64,000 bases of DNA, from positions 23,520,001 through 23,584,000 of the forward strand of contig CP086569.2 in assembly GCA_009914755.4 (NCBI GenBank), written 5' to 3'. Under the pieces are notes generated by a model that had not been told where the DNA came from, did no database searches, and saw nothing but the letters and a program-made list of their open reading frames with translations. This document shows positions 34,306 through 49,860 of the stretch, in pieces. The first letter of the stretch is position 1. The number at the start of each line of letters is the position of its first letter. Made by a program: the position numbers and the translations under genes. This DNA comes from the human T2T-CHM13v2.0 reference genome, Homo sapiens.

Positions 34306-36454
34306 AGAACCTTTTTGAGAAAATTAAACTTTGAGAATTGTTGCCTTATTTGTGGTTTTGGCTTCTGAATAATATCTAAATGTAATCTCATTACACTTTT
34401 TTCAAGTGTTTGGTATTGGAGATAATGCTTGTCTTTAGGATTGAGAGTGGAGACTCCCAATTTATGATCAAATAATTTAGCATTATGCATTTGGGACATA
34501 TCATATCCATTTTAGGATGAGAAGACGCTGTTGCTGAGGACTTACTGTTTAAAGTCACAAGAAGGAGCAGACACAAAATGCAGAAGTGAGTTTTCTGGAT
34601 GCATATGTATATGTGGACCCATAAAGTGTTATGTCTTTTGTTCAACAAAATTTTATTTGGCTTACATATCCTGTTTAGTGTTGTGGATACAATAAGGTTG
34701 AGGAGTCACTCCTTTACTCAAAGACTTACAGTAAAATGGGAAAAGTGGAGGTCATCCCCCATTTCATTTCTCTATAACAGTAAAGAAAATTTCAAAAATA
34801 AATTTCTAAAAATATGGAATTTATATTCTTATGCAAATTGTGTAATATATAGATTTAAATGTAATTACAAGATGTTTTACCAAAACTACATGATTGAGAT
34901 AAATTAAAAATTATTTAATAATAGGAGAAATATAACATGTTCACAGATTAAAAGCAATATTTTTAAGATTTAAAATTTTCCTAAATTTACCTATAGATTC
35001 AATACACTCTCAACCAACATCTCCCCATTTGCCTGTATTATTAGTAAAGTTCATCTCATACATGAGATACCATCTTGGATAAGAAAAGAAAGAAGTGAAA
35101 TGAGAAAACTCAGCATTTGAGTGTTGTGCTTAAGTGACTATTTTTGTTATTGCATTGAACTAAGACAACTTGATTTCTTTTTTATTTTTAATTTTTTGTT
35201 AATACACAGTCATTGTTATGTATTTACTTGATTTATTGAATACAATTTTTCCCTATCTTGAGGTTCGAGATGCTCAGGAGGAACATCAGGTAACTTGAAG
35301 ACATAATAAAGAAGTTAACGATTTATTTATACCTCTGAGTATAATGCAGATACATGTAAGACTTCATATAAAGTTCTTAAAACATAGATCTAATTTGCTT
35401 ATAAAAAGTTGCACCATTTTTAATCTTTTTAATATCAGTGCTCAATTCATCATCATTCTTCATTTTGGGTATTTCTATTATAAAATTTTATTGACTTTAA
35501 TTTGGGCATGGAAACACTAGAACAATATCATAAATTATATGTCATCATGCATTCCACTATCTCATGAGAAATCGTTAGAAATGAAGTGCAGTGCATAAAC
35601 AAATTTATTTAATATGTTATTTTCATTTATTTAAGTGTTTAGATCCAGATTAAAATTGATGAATATAAGCAAGAATCCAAGACAAGAATGCAAAGTTTTG
35701 ACCAATGGATGAACATTGCTAACATTTTAATCTTTATTATTTTGAGATAAAAATCACGTGTTTTAGATTTGTAACCTCCGTAATTTGTAAACAGTCATGT
35801 GTGTGTTGATGTCTGTCTATCATTTATCTATATATGTAACTTAACAATAAAACTATAGATAAAAGAACTGAACTTTATATTATCTTTGCAGTAAGTAATA
35901 TTTTCCTGGTCATTATAGGCTTTATTAGTCCATTTCATACACTATGATTTCACAGTAATATGCAAAAAATATTTCTTAATAAACTACATTATTAATCAGC
36001 TATATACCTGAACACAAAGTTTGAGATAAGGACCAAATATAGCCATTTTTAATAAAATAGTCCAAGGCATCACAATATTCTATGTTCTAATGAGAACCAT
36101 AGCTACTGTGGATTTAAAATTATTTTTAATTGCAAATATAAAGTATTTTTGAAGCTAATTAACTTCTGTTGTTTCCTAGAGACAAGATATCTTATCCCTT
36201 TTGCTTAGCAGGTGTGTCTATATCTTAGAGAAGAATTTAGCTGAGGTTGTGTTTGATTAGATTGATTAAATATGCATTTTACTCCATAAAGACAATTTTT
36301 ATGTGTATTAGTTGGATACCTATTTCTAAAAACATAGAACTTTTCTTTATTTCATGCTGTTTGCTCCTGTATGCCAGGGATTTCAATAGGGAAACTAGCT
36401 GTCTTCTTGAAAATGTGAATATATTCCTAAACATGTTCACTACCTCATCTATGA

Positions 36455-36970
<516 letters not shown>

Positions 36971-39804
36971 TAATCTCTTTCTCCATTCAACCTTCATACT
37001 ACTACTATACCTCTGTATCTCATAGCACCATTCACTTTCTATTTTCTAGCATAGTTAATCAACTTTACAAACATTCCTTGAGGGAGGGATATTTAGTTTA
37101 TTTATTTTTTTCTCCCACAAAACTAATACAATAGTTTATGTGCAATTGGTGCTCAATAAACACTTAAAATGAGTTATTTATTCAGGAGACAGAACACTAA
37201 TAAATAAGAAATACTAAATAAATTGTTCAACGAATAAATGAAGTTTACTTTCCCTTTAAGCTTTTTAACCAAAGGTCATGGATATATTCTGAGTTCTTAG
37301 TTCGAAATACAAGAATCTAGTCTGATTAGATTAGACAAAATAATAATAATAAAGTACATAATCTCACAGAATCTCTGAAAAGGCTAGAGAGCCCTAGTTC
37401 CCTTAACAGGAGCAAAGCCTGAGCATACAGCAGATGCTGATATATGGAAAATACCATCCATCTCTACCAACTGCTCAGCACTCATGAGATGCAAAGCAGG
37501 ATCACAAGTCTCTGTTAATGTCATCCCTTAGGCTGAACACATTTTAGCTAAATTCTACAGAATTAATGTGTGTATCTTCCTAGCACCCACTGTGAATACC
37601 TCTCCTTCAAAAATCTATTGCTTGTGAAAAACCAGGTATGTTTAGCAAGTCATGAAACAACTGTAGTCATTCATTAGTGGTCACAGACTCACATTTAAGC
37701 ATAACTTTAAAGGTTTCATAGACCTGACACTTATTGTTCTGAATCAACATTGATCTCATGAAGATGAACTGGAGGTTGAAAGCCTGCAATTACCCACCAG
37801 CTAGGTACACCATTATTAGCCATGATAAAAATGTGTCTGGGTTTTAATGTCAGGGCATATTGCCCACCTGAGAATGTAATAATCCTGAGAAATGACAGTT
37901 CCACTTCCATGTCTTTATAGTTCCCAAAACTCACTCAACCACATCAAGCACATACCAAACTATCCTTGGGTTTCAATGCTGACTTAGCAAACCAGTGGAC
38001 TGAGAGAAATAACAATTCAAGTTAAAGATGAGTGCGGTGGACATTAAGCAATGTAACTTGTCAATCATAAGATCAGAAAATAGTGTGACAAGGACAACCT
38101 CCAGTAGACAGAACCAAAGTATTTGATTTTGACATCACCCATCTTAGAAAAATATCCTGATTTAGTTTCCATGAATATCTGATGTAATTTTACATAGCTT
38201 CTCACTGCAGTAAAACAAGTCAGGTAGATATGCTAGTCTTTTCCTTAAAAGTGTAAAGACTGGAAAACTCCAAAAAACCTGAAATACCAAAGCCTGAGCA
38301 TGGTGGAACTGGCATGGGGGGTAAATCATTTAATTACTATTGAGCCTCAGGTTCCGCAACTCCTTTTTAATCCTCAAATCTTTTAGACACTATTTTTTTT
38401 CATAAAATCATACACTTCATAAGAATTATTCAAAATTTTTGGCTACATTATATACCAGCTTTGCCTGAAGTCAGATATAACCATGTGGTAAATTTTTGTC
38501 TGGTGCAATATATCAGAAAATGTTTGTGCCACTTCTGGGCTGTCCCTTTCAAAGGAGGAAACGGTCATTCCATTGTCCTTATAAATCATCTGGCTAACCA
38601 GAATGCGGTCATGACTGCAGGAGTTGGAACAGCCTTCTTGCACCATAAGATGCCTGTTGAGGATAACAGAACAACAAAATAGAGGGAATGTAGGTTTCTG
38701 AAAACTTTGAGGGTTTGAGTTACCACATCAGCTTAGAATTGCATAGAAGAGAAAAATTAACATCTGTCTCATTTAAAACTACAATGATATTTTAATAAAA
38801 CACAACTCATTGATTCCACTGTTGCTACTATCCATAACACTATTGTGTGGGCAACCTTTACTACAGAATCAAATAAAGTTATCATGACAGGTTATCAGAA
38901 ACCAGCTGAATCAGTATCTTGCCATCCCCATCTCATATTTGTCAACTTGGATGACAAACAGATAAATACTAGAATTTAAAATAAATCTCAAATTAAAATT
39001 TAACACAGTTTCATCTGAACCATGCCTAGGTTTTGGTTTTTGCTTTAATTCTCCATTCAGCAGTAAAAGAAAAGGGAATATTTCAATAATTATTATACAA
39101 TTTATTATCTATATTACTTATTCTAATAATTTAATTTTAAAATAATTTAAGAACATGCATATTTATAAAATTATTAACTTTAAAACTTTGGTTTAACAAA
39201 AATATGTATTCTATGATATAGTTTTTGCTTAGAAATATACATTTATGTATTCATGCATATTGGTATAAATGTGTCAATGTATATCAAAGAAAACTCATGG
39301 AAGCTTACATAAGGACTTCTCAGTTACGCCCTCTAGGAGAGCAAATAAAGATGATAGGTGAATAACTTTTATTTTTTATTATATACTCATGTATTAATTA
39401 AACTTTTCAATGAGCATTGGTCTTTATCAGCAGCATGAAAAGAGTCTAATACAGTAAATTGTTACAAGGAGTGGGGAGCTGCTGAAAAGATACCTGAAAA
39501 TGTGGAAGAGACTTTGAAACTGGGTAACAGGCAGATATTGGAACAGTTTGGAGGGCTCAGAAAAAGAGAGAAAATGTGGGAAAGTTTGGAACTTCCTAGA
39601 GACTTGTTGAATGGCTTCAACAAAAATACTGATAGTGATATGAACAATAGGTCCAGGCTCAGGTGGTCTCAGATGGAGAGGAGAAACTTGTTGGGAACTG
39701 CACCAAAGGTGACTCTTGCTATGCTTGAGCAAAGAGAATGGTATCATTTTGCCCCTGCCCGGCAGATGTGTGAAACTTTGAACTTGAGAGAGATGATACA
39801 GGAG

Positions 39805-40082
39805 AGCAGTCTCAGGGGGTATGCCTGCAGCTGCAGGAAGATATATGGGAACAGACACACAACTCTCTCTCCCAGATAAGCACAACAAAGAGACACAGAA
39901 ACAGTCCAAGTCTCTGGTATACTCTTCCACCCTGAATCCTGAGAAACTCTTAGTGTGTAAGAGACTGTCTCTTGAACTAACTCGGCCAGAAAACACTCTC
40001 AGGTTTGTTTTCTTTAAAATCAGCCTGTCCTTGACTGCCAAGCCACCTTTTGTTTTTCTTTCCTCTTCCTTCATTTCTTACA
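39805..40082 (+). mobile_element. LTR copy A, about 280 bp. Candidate 5' LTR of a degraded class I ERV, with a deletion of the U3/R core relative to copy B.
   Basis: agcagtctcagggggtatgcctgcagctgcaggaagatatatgggaacagacacacaactctctctcccagataagcacaacaaagagacacagaaacagtccaagtctctg...caggtttgttttctttaaaatcagcctgtccttgactgccaagccaccttttgtttttctttcctcttccttcatttcttaca. It is colinear with 47833-47902 plus 48396-48603 at about 80% identity. It begins TG (tgcctgcag) and ends CA. Confidence 0.6.
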
Positions 40083-40084
40083 TT

Positions 40085-40102
40085 TGGTGCCAAAACCTGT
40101 GA
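40085..40102 (+). promoter_or_regulatory. Candidate primer-binding site, tRNA-Phe-like (and partly His-like), 2 nt downstream of LTR copy A
   Basis: tggtgccaaaacctgtga compared with the Phe PBS TGGTGCCGAAACCCGGGA gives 14/18 matches. Starting TGG two nucleotides after the LTR-terminal CA is the canonical PBS position. Confidence 0.5.
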
Positions 40103-40392
40103 CTGGTGTTGGGAGAAGAGGCTGTCTTGCAACCCAGGAAGCAGTGGGCAATGGCAGCTCATCCTGAGTTAACTCCTGTATCCTAAAAGCCTCTGGCCAC
40201 ACGCCCAATCTTATCTCTCACTTCACTTTTCAAGTAATTTGTGTGAGCAGGACAACTAACTTGAAGGGGCTGTGAGGCTCAGGCTGAGGCTACTCCCCAT
40301 GGGCTCTAAAACACTCAGGTCTCGGGAATCCACCTCTGACCACCTGCATTGGGTATTTTGCTCGCTAACCCTCCCTTGCCCCCTCTTTCTCC

Positions 40393-40395
<3 letters not shown>

Positions 40396-40444
<49 letters not shown>
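40396..40444. repeat. (CT)n/(TC)n dinucleotide microsatellite, about 24 units
   Basis: A tctctctc run is visible. It generates the spurious ERERER/SLSLSL ORFs at 40256-40610. Confidence 0.95.
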
Positions 40445-40446
<2 letters not shown>

Positions 40447-42186
40447 TCAAATGGCTACAGTATGGGAGGCCCTTTGCCAATTCCAGCCAGAACATCCAAC
40501 ATCAGATACTATTTCAGATGACCGGTGAGATCTGCCTTCTCCTGGCTTTCTCTCTGTACCGGAGAAAGTCTGGCCTGCTGTCCAGGTCCTGGGAGGTCCA
40601 ATCGGACTAATGGGGCTGGGCTAGAGGAAATATTGGTACACAGCTCCTTCTCAGGTTAACGGTCCTCTTTTGGAAAGAGGATTCTGGGTCTCTGTCTTTT
40701 ATCTGGGGATGCCTAGAACAAAACAGACACCACCAGCTTCCTCTTAGCAGTCCACATGGGTGCCAAACAATTTCACGTCCCTACATCCTTCCCACTGGAC
40801 TGCAGTATTAGCAACCAAGGCAAACTTGGCTTATGGCAGACCTTAATGCCAAAGCATTTAATTTTCTCCTGCAACATGGCCTTAACAACTTTACTACCAG
40901 AAATGGCAAATGACAAGAGATGTCCCCATATTCAGGCTTTCTTCTATCATCAATCCCACCCCTCCTCCTCCTCTACCTGTTCAAAAACTACTCTAACTGG
41001 TTAAACCTTCTCTGCCATTCTCCCTCTCTGGAAAGTGGCTAGGGTTAAAGGCAGTCCTTGCATTCATGCCCCCTTCTCCATGTCTAATTTGTGGCAAATT
41101 GAACAGCTTCTGGAACTTTTCTCGAAAAATCACTCTCATTATTGCAGGAAATTCCTGCACATAACCCAGTCTCTTAACTTGGCAGAACATTTACATAATT
41201 CTAATCTCCACCCTTACCTTTAATAAAAAACAGTGCTCAGCTTAATTAAAATGGATATCAAAGCTATAAGTATATTCAAAAGGGTTTTATGTTTTTCTCT
41301 TCATAAATCTTGTTTTCCTGAAAAAAGTTTTATCTCAGTCAAAATTACTTCTCTTCACTCTGTCTTGCAACTCTTGCTGCATGCATAAAAGACCCCAGTC
41401 TGGTGGCCTAGAACTCCCTAGAAAGATAGAAAACTTGCCAGAAATCCATCTTGAAAAAAATAACTCTTTTCCTTATGGAACCCCTGGAATTAAAGGTGAA
41501 GAAGTACCTCTCAAAAATCTTTATTTGTCTTCCAGCTATGCTTGTTTATTAGGCCCTAAAATTTGTTTACCTAGCCCTGCTCTTAAAGGGCCTCACCCAG
41601 AGGCCAATAATCTAATCTGGAAATTAGCAAATGGAAATTGTATGACTATTGAATCTTCTTCTGGTTGCCTGTGAGGCTATATATGTCTTACATATGTTAT
41701 GTCTATTAAAAAGAACTCTAATGAATTAATTGTCCTAAGAAAAGAAAGTGCTTAAATCAAATATTTTTAAGGAAAATGCTAAGCAAAGTAACACTGTGTA
41801 TACTGCCATTTTACTTTATTCTTCTGTTGAAGCAAAATTGTGAGGTCTCATTATGTGCGTGTGCTTTTGCTAGATGTCCCAGTTGGCTGTGCTGAGATGT
41901 ACCAGTACTGTTTATGGTGTAAGTTTAAATTCTTAAGTATTTTCTCCTACCATTGTATTCCAAAACACACTAAGCTGTATTGCACAGTTCAAAATTTCGT
42001 TACTTAAGGGATCCATCTAGGCATTGTTCTTGGTCTTAAATTGAATAGCAAACACAGGACATGTCTGTTATCAGTATCTTAATTTTCAAAGGCTGTCCTT
42101 TGACATTTTAAACCATGACAACAGCTATTCACATTTGATGTTTATAAAAACAACATCTTTATTAATTTTATTATCAAGTATCATAA

Positions 42187-42509
<323 letters not shown>

Positions 42510-43189
42510 CAAAATAAGTTTATATCAAATCCGGCTTCCAGAAATGGTAGTAGTTAAGCACATCAATTTACCATGTAAATCATTCACTTGTACCAATGGG
42601 GAAAATTTATTGTTATTGTGCTTCACAGTGAAAACAAGAATAATCTTTCATTTTTAAAAATTAATTTAGGAAAGATTACATAACTTGGCCCTTTAGTATG
42701 TATACAGTAGCACTAGTTTATACACTACTTTTGCCACTGGGGAGTTTCAGTTAAAACATCCCTCAGTCATATAGCTATGGAATGCATCTTCCATTTATAA
42801 TTTCTGCACTAATAATTAGTTTGGATCAAAGTTATTTTTATATATACTACAAAACAAAAGCAAACTAGTCCACCTTAAATTTTTATGTTTAGAATTTTCT
42901 ATATGTAAATCATTCAGATTAGTATCTATGTAGGTTCAGTCAAATCCAACCACGGATTTGAGTTATTATACTATATAACCCTGTAAGATACATAGAAATG
43001 TTGTTACTTTGCCTTTATAACAGAACCAAAGTGTCTGTTTCAATTTATAAATTCAGCATTTGAGTAACTTTGATTCCCAAAATTAGGAGAAAATAACAAA
43101 ATAATGAGAAGGAGGAACCAGGCCTTAGTGCCACATATAGTGGTTGTAAGGTAGAGTCTCCTTCTTTCCAGAATGCTTTATTGTATTTT

Positions 43190-43255
43190 ACTTATTATAT
43201 ATATTATATATATAATATAGTATATATAATATACTATAGTATATTATATAGACCT
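43190..43255. repeat. TA-rich compound simple repeat, (TA)n plus ATATAAT units
   Basis: atatattatatatataatatagtatatataatatactatagtatattatata. Confidence 0.85.
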
Positions 43256-44914
43256 GACTGTCTGTGTCAAAGTATAATTCGCATGCTGAAGTTCTAGCTT
43301 AAAGTGGCAAAAGAAAGTTGTCTTCATTAAATATATTCATGACTTTAACAAGATAATAAGGGAACAATATTTAGGATTCAAGCTCAATAAGAATACTCTT
43401 TCAATGAACATGTCCCTAAGATAACCAGAATTAGCAGTTAATTTATGCATCTGGAAAACTTCAGTTCCCACCAGTAAAAATAGTCTGAGTGGCTAGTGCA
43501 CTTTGAGAAAATTCTGGCATACTAAATAAATAATGTACATGTGGGACCCAGGAGCTGGGTAAGCCTGCCTTTAGACAACTCTGTGACTACAAAAACAAAG
43601 CCAGCACTTTTGGAACTGATAAGGCTGTACTTAATCAGTATCATAAAGAGCATTGCACAGCTGAACTTTGCTTCCACTGGTTCAGTGGTTACTTATTTCT
43701 ACCTAAGCACTCAGTCTTTACTAAAAAAAAAAATAAAATAAAAGATTTATATTTGAGAGCTACTTCACTTAAATTACAAAATCAGTCAATGTTTTTAGTT
43801 CCAAGTTACAGTAAAGAAAAAAATGCATTGTTCCCTTCAGAGACTTGTCTGGGTGTTTTAGTTATGCATAAGTAATTCTAGCAAAGGAAGGGTAGAAAAG
43901 AGATGAAAATTAATTTACATACTTGCTACTTGGGAATAAAGGGCTTTTTGAGGGGGGTTATGGATATTAAATGATTTAATTGTATTCTTATCCCTATCAA
44001 TACAGGCAGTAGTTTTCTTTGAGTATGCTTAAATAACTGTATTTCTAAAATCTAAGAAGTTCCAATGAGGCAGGAAATTAAAGAAAAATAAAATTAAAAA
44101 GAAAGAGAAATAAGTTTTCCTGTATTAGTCTGACTTGTCCCAGAGGCAGCAACAGGCACAGCCCAGACCCAGGAAAAGTCTTGATAATATAATCTAATGT
44201 GTACCGCAGACTCTTCCAGCACACCCTCAACGCAGGGAGAAGAAAAACAAATTTTCCTTTGTTTCATGGAATGAGTTTGTAGATTGTTGTTCTCTGTAAC
44301 TAGTGACTTCAAGTACTCTGTTTTATCTAAGAAGTACAATGAAGGTCATGAGAAACCTGTGTAGGCTTGAACTATAGCTGCGTGGGCACTATAGTGAAGG
44401 TTATAGGATAAGCCCGTGCCCAGACAAATCTAGGTAACAGACATCTGGGTTGCCTTGGCAATGGTCATGTGCAATACTGTCTTTGCCCTGCCTCTGTATC
44501 CCTGCTTTCATGCCACCATAAGCTTGCTTTAAGCTAGCCCACCCCCTTTCGTGAAGTGTATATAAAAATCAGATTCTGTCTTTGTTCCGGGCCCAGTCTT
44601 TTGGACATTGAGTCAGCTGGGCCTAAGTGCACGCAATAAATATTCTCTTGTTTCACCCCGAGGTCTCACTCATCCTTCTGAGTCCTGCAACACCATGTCA
44701 ATTACTTGACATTCCTGGTCCGCAATACCACAGGCCACTCTTCACATCACGTGCTTGCCTGGATGAAGCTCCTCATTTCAAACAGTGTATATATTTCTGT
44801 GTGGTTTATTATAGTAAGGCCAGAACATATGGAAGTAACCATGCCCCTAACTATGCTGGAAGAAGTCAAGCTTCACCTGCATCTAGCACATAATTCAAAA
44901 AGAAATGAAAATAT

Positions 44915-45238
<324 letters not shown>

Positions 45239-45870
45239 TTACATTAAAGTTAAAAATTGCTAAAAATTACCGTTATAACAGGTAATTAAAACTGCTAAAC
45301 ATGGATTTGCATAAAAGTGTATAAAAATGGTAAAAAGTGGTTTTAGTTAAAAATTATAAGGCATAACTATGTATTTTGCTTAAGAATAAAAAAGTTGTCT
45401 TAAAGTTAAATAAAATAAAGTCGACTGTTTAAGAAAATTGTGAAAACATTGTAAATTATAATCCTATAAAGAAAACTCTGTGTGTAAACATATTAACTAA
45501 TCTCGAAAGGGTAGAACGTCTGGAAAAAATGGTAAGCATGATTATTTAACATGTTTAGGTACATAAAATTGCCAAAATAGTGTCTGATAGGTTATATTTT
45601 AGGGTATAATATTATAACATGTTCCAAAGCTGTATGCCATGTCTAAGGTTCTAGTGTCTAAATATGTGTTATTAATCACAATTAAAGTTGTTATGCTGGG
45701 TTATTGTGAACCACAATGACCAAATTTCTTTGTCAACTATGTTTCTGACTGTATCCAAACTGGACATTTTGGTATTTACAGACAATGGTTACTTTGTTTA
45801 AATTCTCTTCAAAAGATGGTTTATTACCAAGCTGTAAAACTTTAACAGTTGCTCTCAAAGGAGGGTTTTC

Positions 45871-45897
45871 ACAACAACAACAACAAACAACAACAGA
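45871..45897. repeat. (CAA)n microsatellite, minus strand reads (TTG)n
   Basis: caacaacaacaacaaacaacaacag. It produces the CCCCC run in the spurious minus ORF 45733-45948. Confidence 0.85.
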
Positions 45898-47024
45898 ACT
45901 ACAGAAGACATGAAAAGCTAAAATGGTTATAAATATCAACCAAAACAAAATGGATTAAAGTAACAAAAAACACAAACAAGTTTTTATCCTTTTGCTTAGA
46001 ACACTGCTAATCTGTGTCTTATGTTTCAGAGTTAAGAAAACTTGCCTTAAGCTAGCTACAGCCTTTAACAACTAAGTAAAGCATATTTCTGTAAATGGAA
46101 ATTAAAATTGGTTTGCTTCTCTCTCCCTAGTTCCTCTATAATTTGAAAACTAGTTATAAGTATTCTTAAACTACAGCAATATTGTTGTTTGCATCAGTGC
46201 AATAAGAATGTATTTTCTTTTGTAAGAAAACACAGTTGGAAAAGATGGTTATTTTACCAAGGCTTTGACAGGAATGGTATGCTCTCCTTTAGTGAATAAA
46301 ACTTAACTTATGAAGCCAATAAAGCCCTTGGAAAACTGGTCTCATATTTTGTGTACACAGTCCTTGTATAAGGTTTCTGATCTGTGGTAAGTATAGAATG
46401 TCACTTTCTGACAGGCCAGGAAATGCATGTTATCTTAAAACCTCAAGAGGAGAGGAATTCACCCAACTCATAGGTATTTAATGATAGAAATCCATGGCTG
46501 GGCTGGGCCTTAAAAAGTCTCATCTCAAATTCCTTCTATAACACAAAATTCCATCAAAGCTGACTTAAAAGTCATGTGTAGCAAATACTTATTTTTGCTG
46601 CACTGTATAAAACTAATTAAGCCAAGTATAATAAAGGAAAGCTGTCCTACCATGATTTTTCTTTTAATAAAAATGGGAAATTGAAGAGAGAAAATTATGT
46701 TTCAAAAACTATAGCGCACCTGTTGCTAAATTCTAGTCTGCCTAATGTTTTTCAATTTTTATTATTTTCTACAGTTTAAATTATATTCATTACAGAAATC
46801 AACTCCTAGATACTACACACTCAAGTCAAAGCTGAAAGAGCTGAGAAAGCAGCTCCTAGCAGCCCATTAAAAACATCCTAAATATCAACGTAAAAAAAAG
46901 AAATTTTAAGCTGAAAATAATAAAATATAAGTAATTAAGTGAAAATTACTCATCTTAGTCCCAACGCTACTTTACCAAGTACTTTTTATCAATCCTACCT
47001 GTCCTTTAAGCCAGATATTAACTT

Positions 47025-47085
47025 TTTTTTTTTTTTTTTTTTTTTGAGATGGAGCCTCGCTCTGTCACCCAGGCTGGAGTGCATG
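47025..47085 (-). mobile_element. Very short Alu 3'-end fragment (about 40 bp) with a 21-nt poly-T
   Basis: tttttttttttttttttttttgagatggagcctcgctctgtcacccaggctggagtgcatg, then unrelated sequence. Confidence 0.7.
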
Positions 47086-47832
47086 TTGTACTATGTGCAG
47101 TAGGAATATATACTGTAGTACCCTAAGGGTGAAATATCAAACAAAGAATCTCAATTACTGTAGCATTTTGTTTAATTATTATCATCATAGCAAATCTAAC
47201 AGTTACTAATAAAACAATAACACATGGGTCTTTCCAAACATGTTCCTCTGCGTGTCATTGGGAAAGAAATGTTGCTTTTGTCTCAACCAATCAGGCCTAA
47301 TATGAAACACTGCTGAAAAACCTAGGACTAATGTTCTTACCCTGCCTCAGTAACCTTTTCCAAAACCTTTTAACCAACAGAATCATGGCCATTTCACAGA
47401 CAGCTACCCAAAAATATCTATGGACAGTGTTGCTCCTGCAGTCCATCCAAGATCAAAAAAACTTTCTGCACCCACCCCTGCATCAGCAGGAAGTAGCCAG
47501 AAGGAACATGTTGCCTCTTGTTCTTTTGTAACTAAAGGGTCTGGAATGACAGAACAAGGGCACCATCATCTTGGACAAACACTGCCAACTGAAGATCAGC
47601 TTCCTTTCTAACCTCATGCATTTCAAAGAAATCACTTGTCTTCTGACAACTAGCAGCCAGAAAGAGCAGACACTAAAACACAGAAAAGACAGCTGGGGTA
47701 CAGAGGGAGGTGGAGAGGAAGTCTCTTGGGTAATTGCCAAACTTCACCTTCATAAAGCAGACGTCAGTAAAACAGTGGGCCTTAATAAGCACATTGCTTT
47801 CCCTTCAGATGCACTAACATAGGGAAGCTAAA

Positions 47833-48603
47833 AGCAGTCGCTGGGGGTATGTCTGCAGCTTCAGGAATATATCTGGAAACAGACACACAACCCTACCCCC
47901 TGAAACAGGAATTAAAAGAAATTAAAGAATGTGTAGGCAAAAACTCAGTTGTAGGTAAGATAACCCAATTCTCCCTGAGGAAGAGAAAGAGCTGAAGTCC
48001 TTCAAAATTTAACTGCCTGTTTTTCTGGTGGCTAGTGAGCCTTATCTCTCCCTTTCCCAGGCATTGTGAAGAACCTGTTTTTCTAGCTGTGCAGCTGCAA
48101 GGTCACAAGGCAGATAAACTCAAGGCATAAAACATGTTTTTCCTTGAAACGTAAGAAACGATGTCATGCATGTCTCAACTGAATAACTGCCTTTGTTTCT
48201 CACTTCTGTAATATGCTTCCCCCCTGCACAGATCTACCCCCACCCCACAAAATGCTTAAAAGGCAACTGGACTCTTTGTTTGGGGCTCTGTCCTTTTGGA
48301 TGTTAATCTGACTGGGTGGATGCACCTAAATAATAAGTATTCTCCTCAACCTCTCTGTCTCTCTGATTCCTAAATTATCCTGCTGCACTCACAGATAAGC
48401 ACAACAAAGAGACACAGAAGCAGTCCAAGCCTCTGACAAACTCTCCTGTCCTGAATCCTTAAAAAGTCTTAACCTATAAGAGAGTGTGGCTCAGACTCAA
48501 CTAGGCCAGAAGCCCCTATCAGGTTTGTTTTCTAAAACAAATCTCTCCTTATTGACTCTCAAGCTACCCTTTGTGTTTCTCTCCTCTTTCTTTAGTTCTT
48601 ACA
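47833..48603 (+). mobile_element. LTR copy B, about 770 bp, full-length relative to copy A. Candidate 3' LTR of the same ERV or an independent solo LTR, preceded by a polypurine tract.
   Basis: agcagtcgctgggggtatgtctgcagcttcaggaatatatctggaaacagacacacaaccc...[about 500 bp with ccccaccccacaaaatgcttaaaaggcaactggactctttg (TATA-like) and aataataag]...cagataagcacaacaaagagacacagaagcagtccaagcctctgacaaactctcctgtcctgaatcc...caggtttgttttctaaaacaaatctctccttattgactctcaagctaccctttgtgtttctctcctctttctttagttcttaca. The purine run aaaagcagtcgctggggg lies immediately 5' of the TG start. Confidence 0.6.
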
Positions 48604-49565
48604 ATTATGGTCTTCACAGTATTGTCAAAAGTGTAAATAATTTAGGGACATAAAGAAATGTGCATGTCATGAAAACTCCTGGTAGATCCACATACTTCCA
48701 TTCATTAGACTATTTATCTAGTAGTTATTTATTAAGCACTGGTTATTCAGGCACTATACGTTAATAGTTCCAAGCATAAAATGGTGAATAAGGTAAGAAT
48801 AACCTTTGATCTCTGTGTTTTCTATACTATCAGAAAACAATGAACAAGCACATTAATGCATAAAATAATTTCAGATTTTCTTAAGCACTGTGAGAAAAGT
48901 AACCAAGGTGCTGTGTGAGAAATAATTTGCTTGAGAGAGTGGAAGGTCATCTCCTAAGTCCTTCAACCAGAAGCTTAGGAAATTCCTCTTTGGGGGTAAC
49001 TCTACAGTCTAGACCTAAAAGATGGGAAGAAACCGGGTGTGCAGATTCAGAAAAATAGAATTAGAAAAAAGACCCTAAAGGGAGGAGCATTGATTTAATA
49101 TGTCTTTTTAGGGTACAGTGAACCTGGGAGAAGCAGGTTGAGGTGACGTTGAAAGATAGAGGAGGAGGGGAAGCCAGACCCTTCAAGTTTGGGTAGGAAG
49201 TTTGTATTTTATTCTAAGTGAAAAGGAAACATTTTTTAATAGTTTCAAGAAATTTTTGACATAGCCCCACTTAGGTCTACATAAAACTAGGTATTGTATG
49301 AGAAAAAATATCTGTGGACTAGTAAACCAATATATTATTTGCCCTAGTTTCTACAAACACTAGTTTGTAGAAGCCTGAGCTTGTACTATGAAGATCCTAG
49401 CCTATCTGACACAAATTGTAGATAATTAACATTAGCCAAAGTGCAGAGAAGGCACAAAAAGGGAAGGGATTTTGGGTAGACAGAGAAGAAATTAAATGAA
49501 AATTTTTATGGACAAGTGAGGTCTGGGAAGAAGGAAACCACGGTGGAGAAGAAAGCAAAAAGTAG

Positions 49566-49860
49566 GCCAGGTGCAGTGGCTCATGCCTATAATCCCAACA
49601 TAATATGACGCTGAGGTGGGTAGAGCACCTAAGGTTGGGAGTTCGAGACCAGCCTGTCCAACATGGAGAAACCCCATATCTACTAAAAACACAAAATTAG
49701 CCAGGCTTTGCGGTGCATGCCTGTAATCCTAGATAACTCCAGAGACTGAGGCAGGAGAATCACTTGAACCCAGGAAGCAGAGGTTGCGGTGAGCCGAGAT
49801 TGCCCCATTGTACTCCAGCCTGGGCAACAAGAGCAAAACACACAAAAAGAAAGAAAAAGT
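49566..49860 (+). mobile_element. Alu element, plus orientation
   Basis: ggccaggtgcagtggctcatgcctataatcccaacataatatgacgctgaggtgggtagagcacctaaggttgggagttcgagaccagcctgtccaacatggagaaaccccatatctactaaaaacacaaaattagccaggctttgcggtgcatgcctgtaatcctagataactccagagactgaggcaggagaatcacttgaacccaggaagcagaggttgcggtgagccgagattgccccattgtactccagcctgggcaacaagagcaaaacacacaaaaagaaagaaaaag. Confidence 0.92.

Noticed and set aside
38443-38682. Pair of overlapping 67-aa (minus) and 73-aa (plus) ORFs in otherwise unique sequence, considered as a possible exon or processed-pseudogene fragment
   Set aside because: No recognisable domain, no splice-site context that I can verify, and ORFs of this length occur by chance in 64 kb. 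Without a database search I cannot support a call.
40272-40610. 112-aa ORF beginning MRLRLRLLPMGSKTLRSRESTSDHLHW just downstream of the putative PBS, with an MG...S/T start reminiscent of a myristoylated retroviral Gag N-terminus
   Set aside because: The ORF runs straight through the (CT)n microsatellite (SLSLSLSL…). The resemblance to a Gag N-terminus is a few residues only and too weak to claim.
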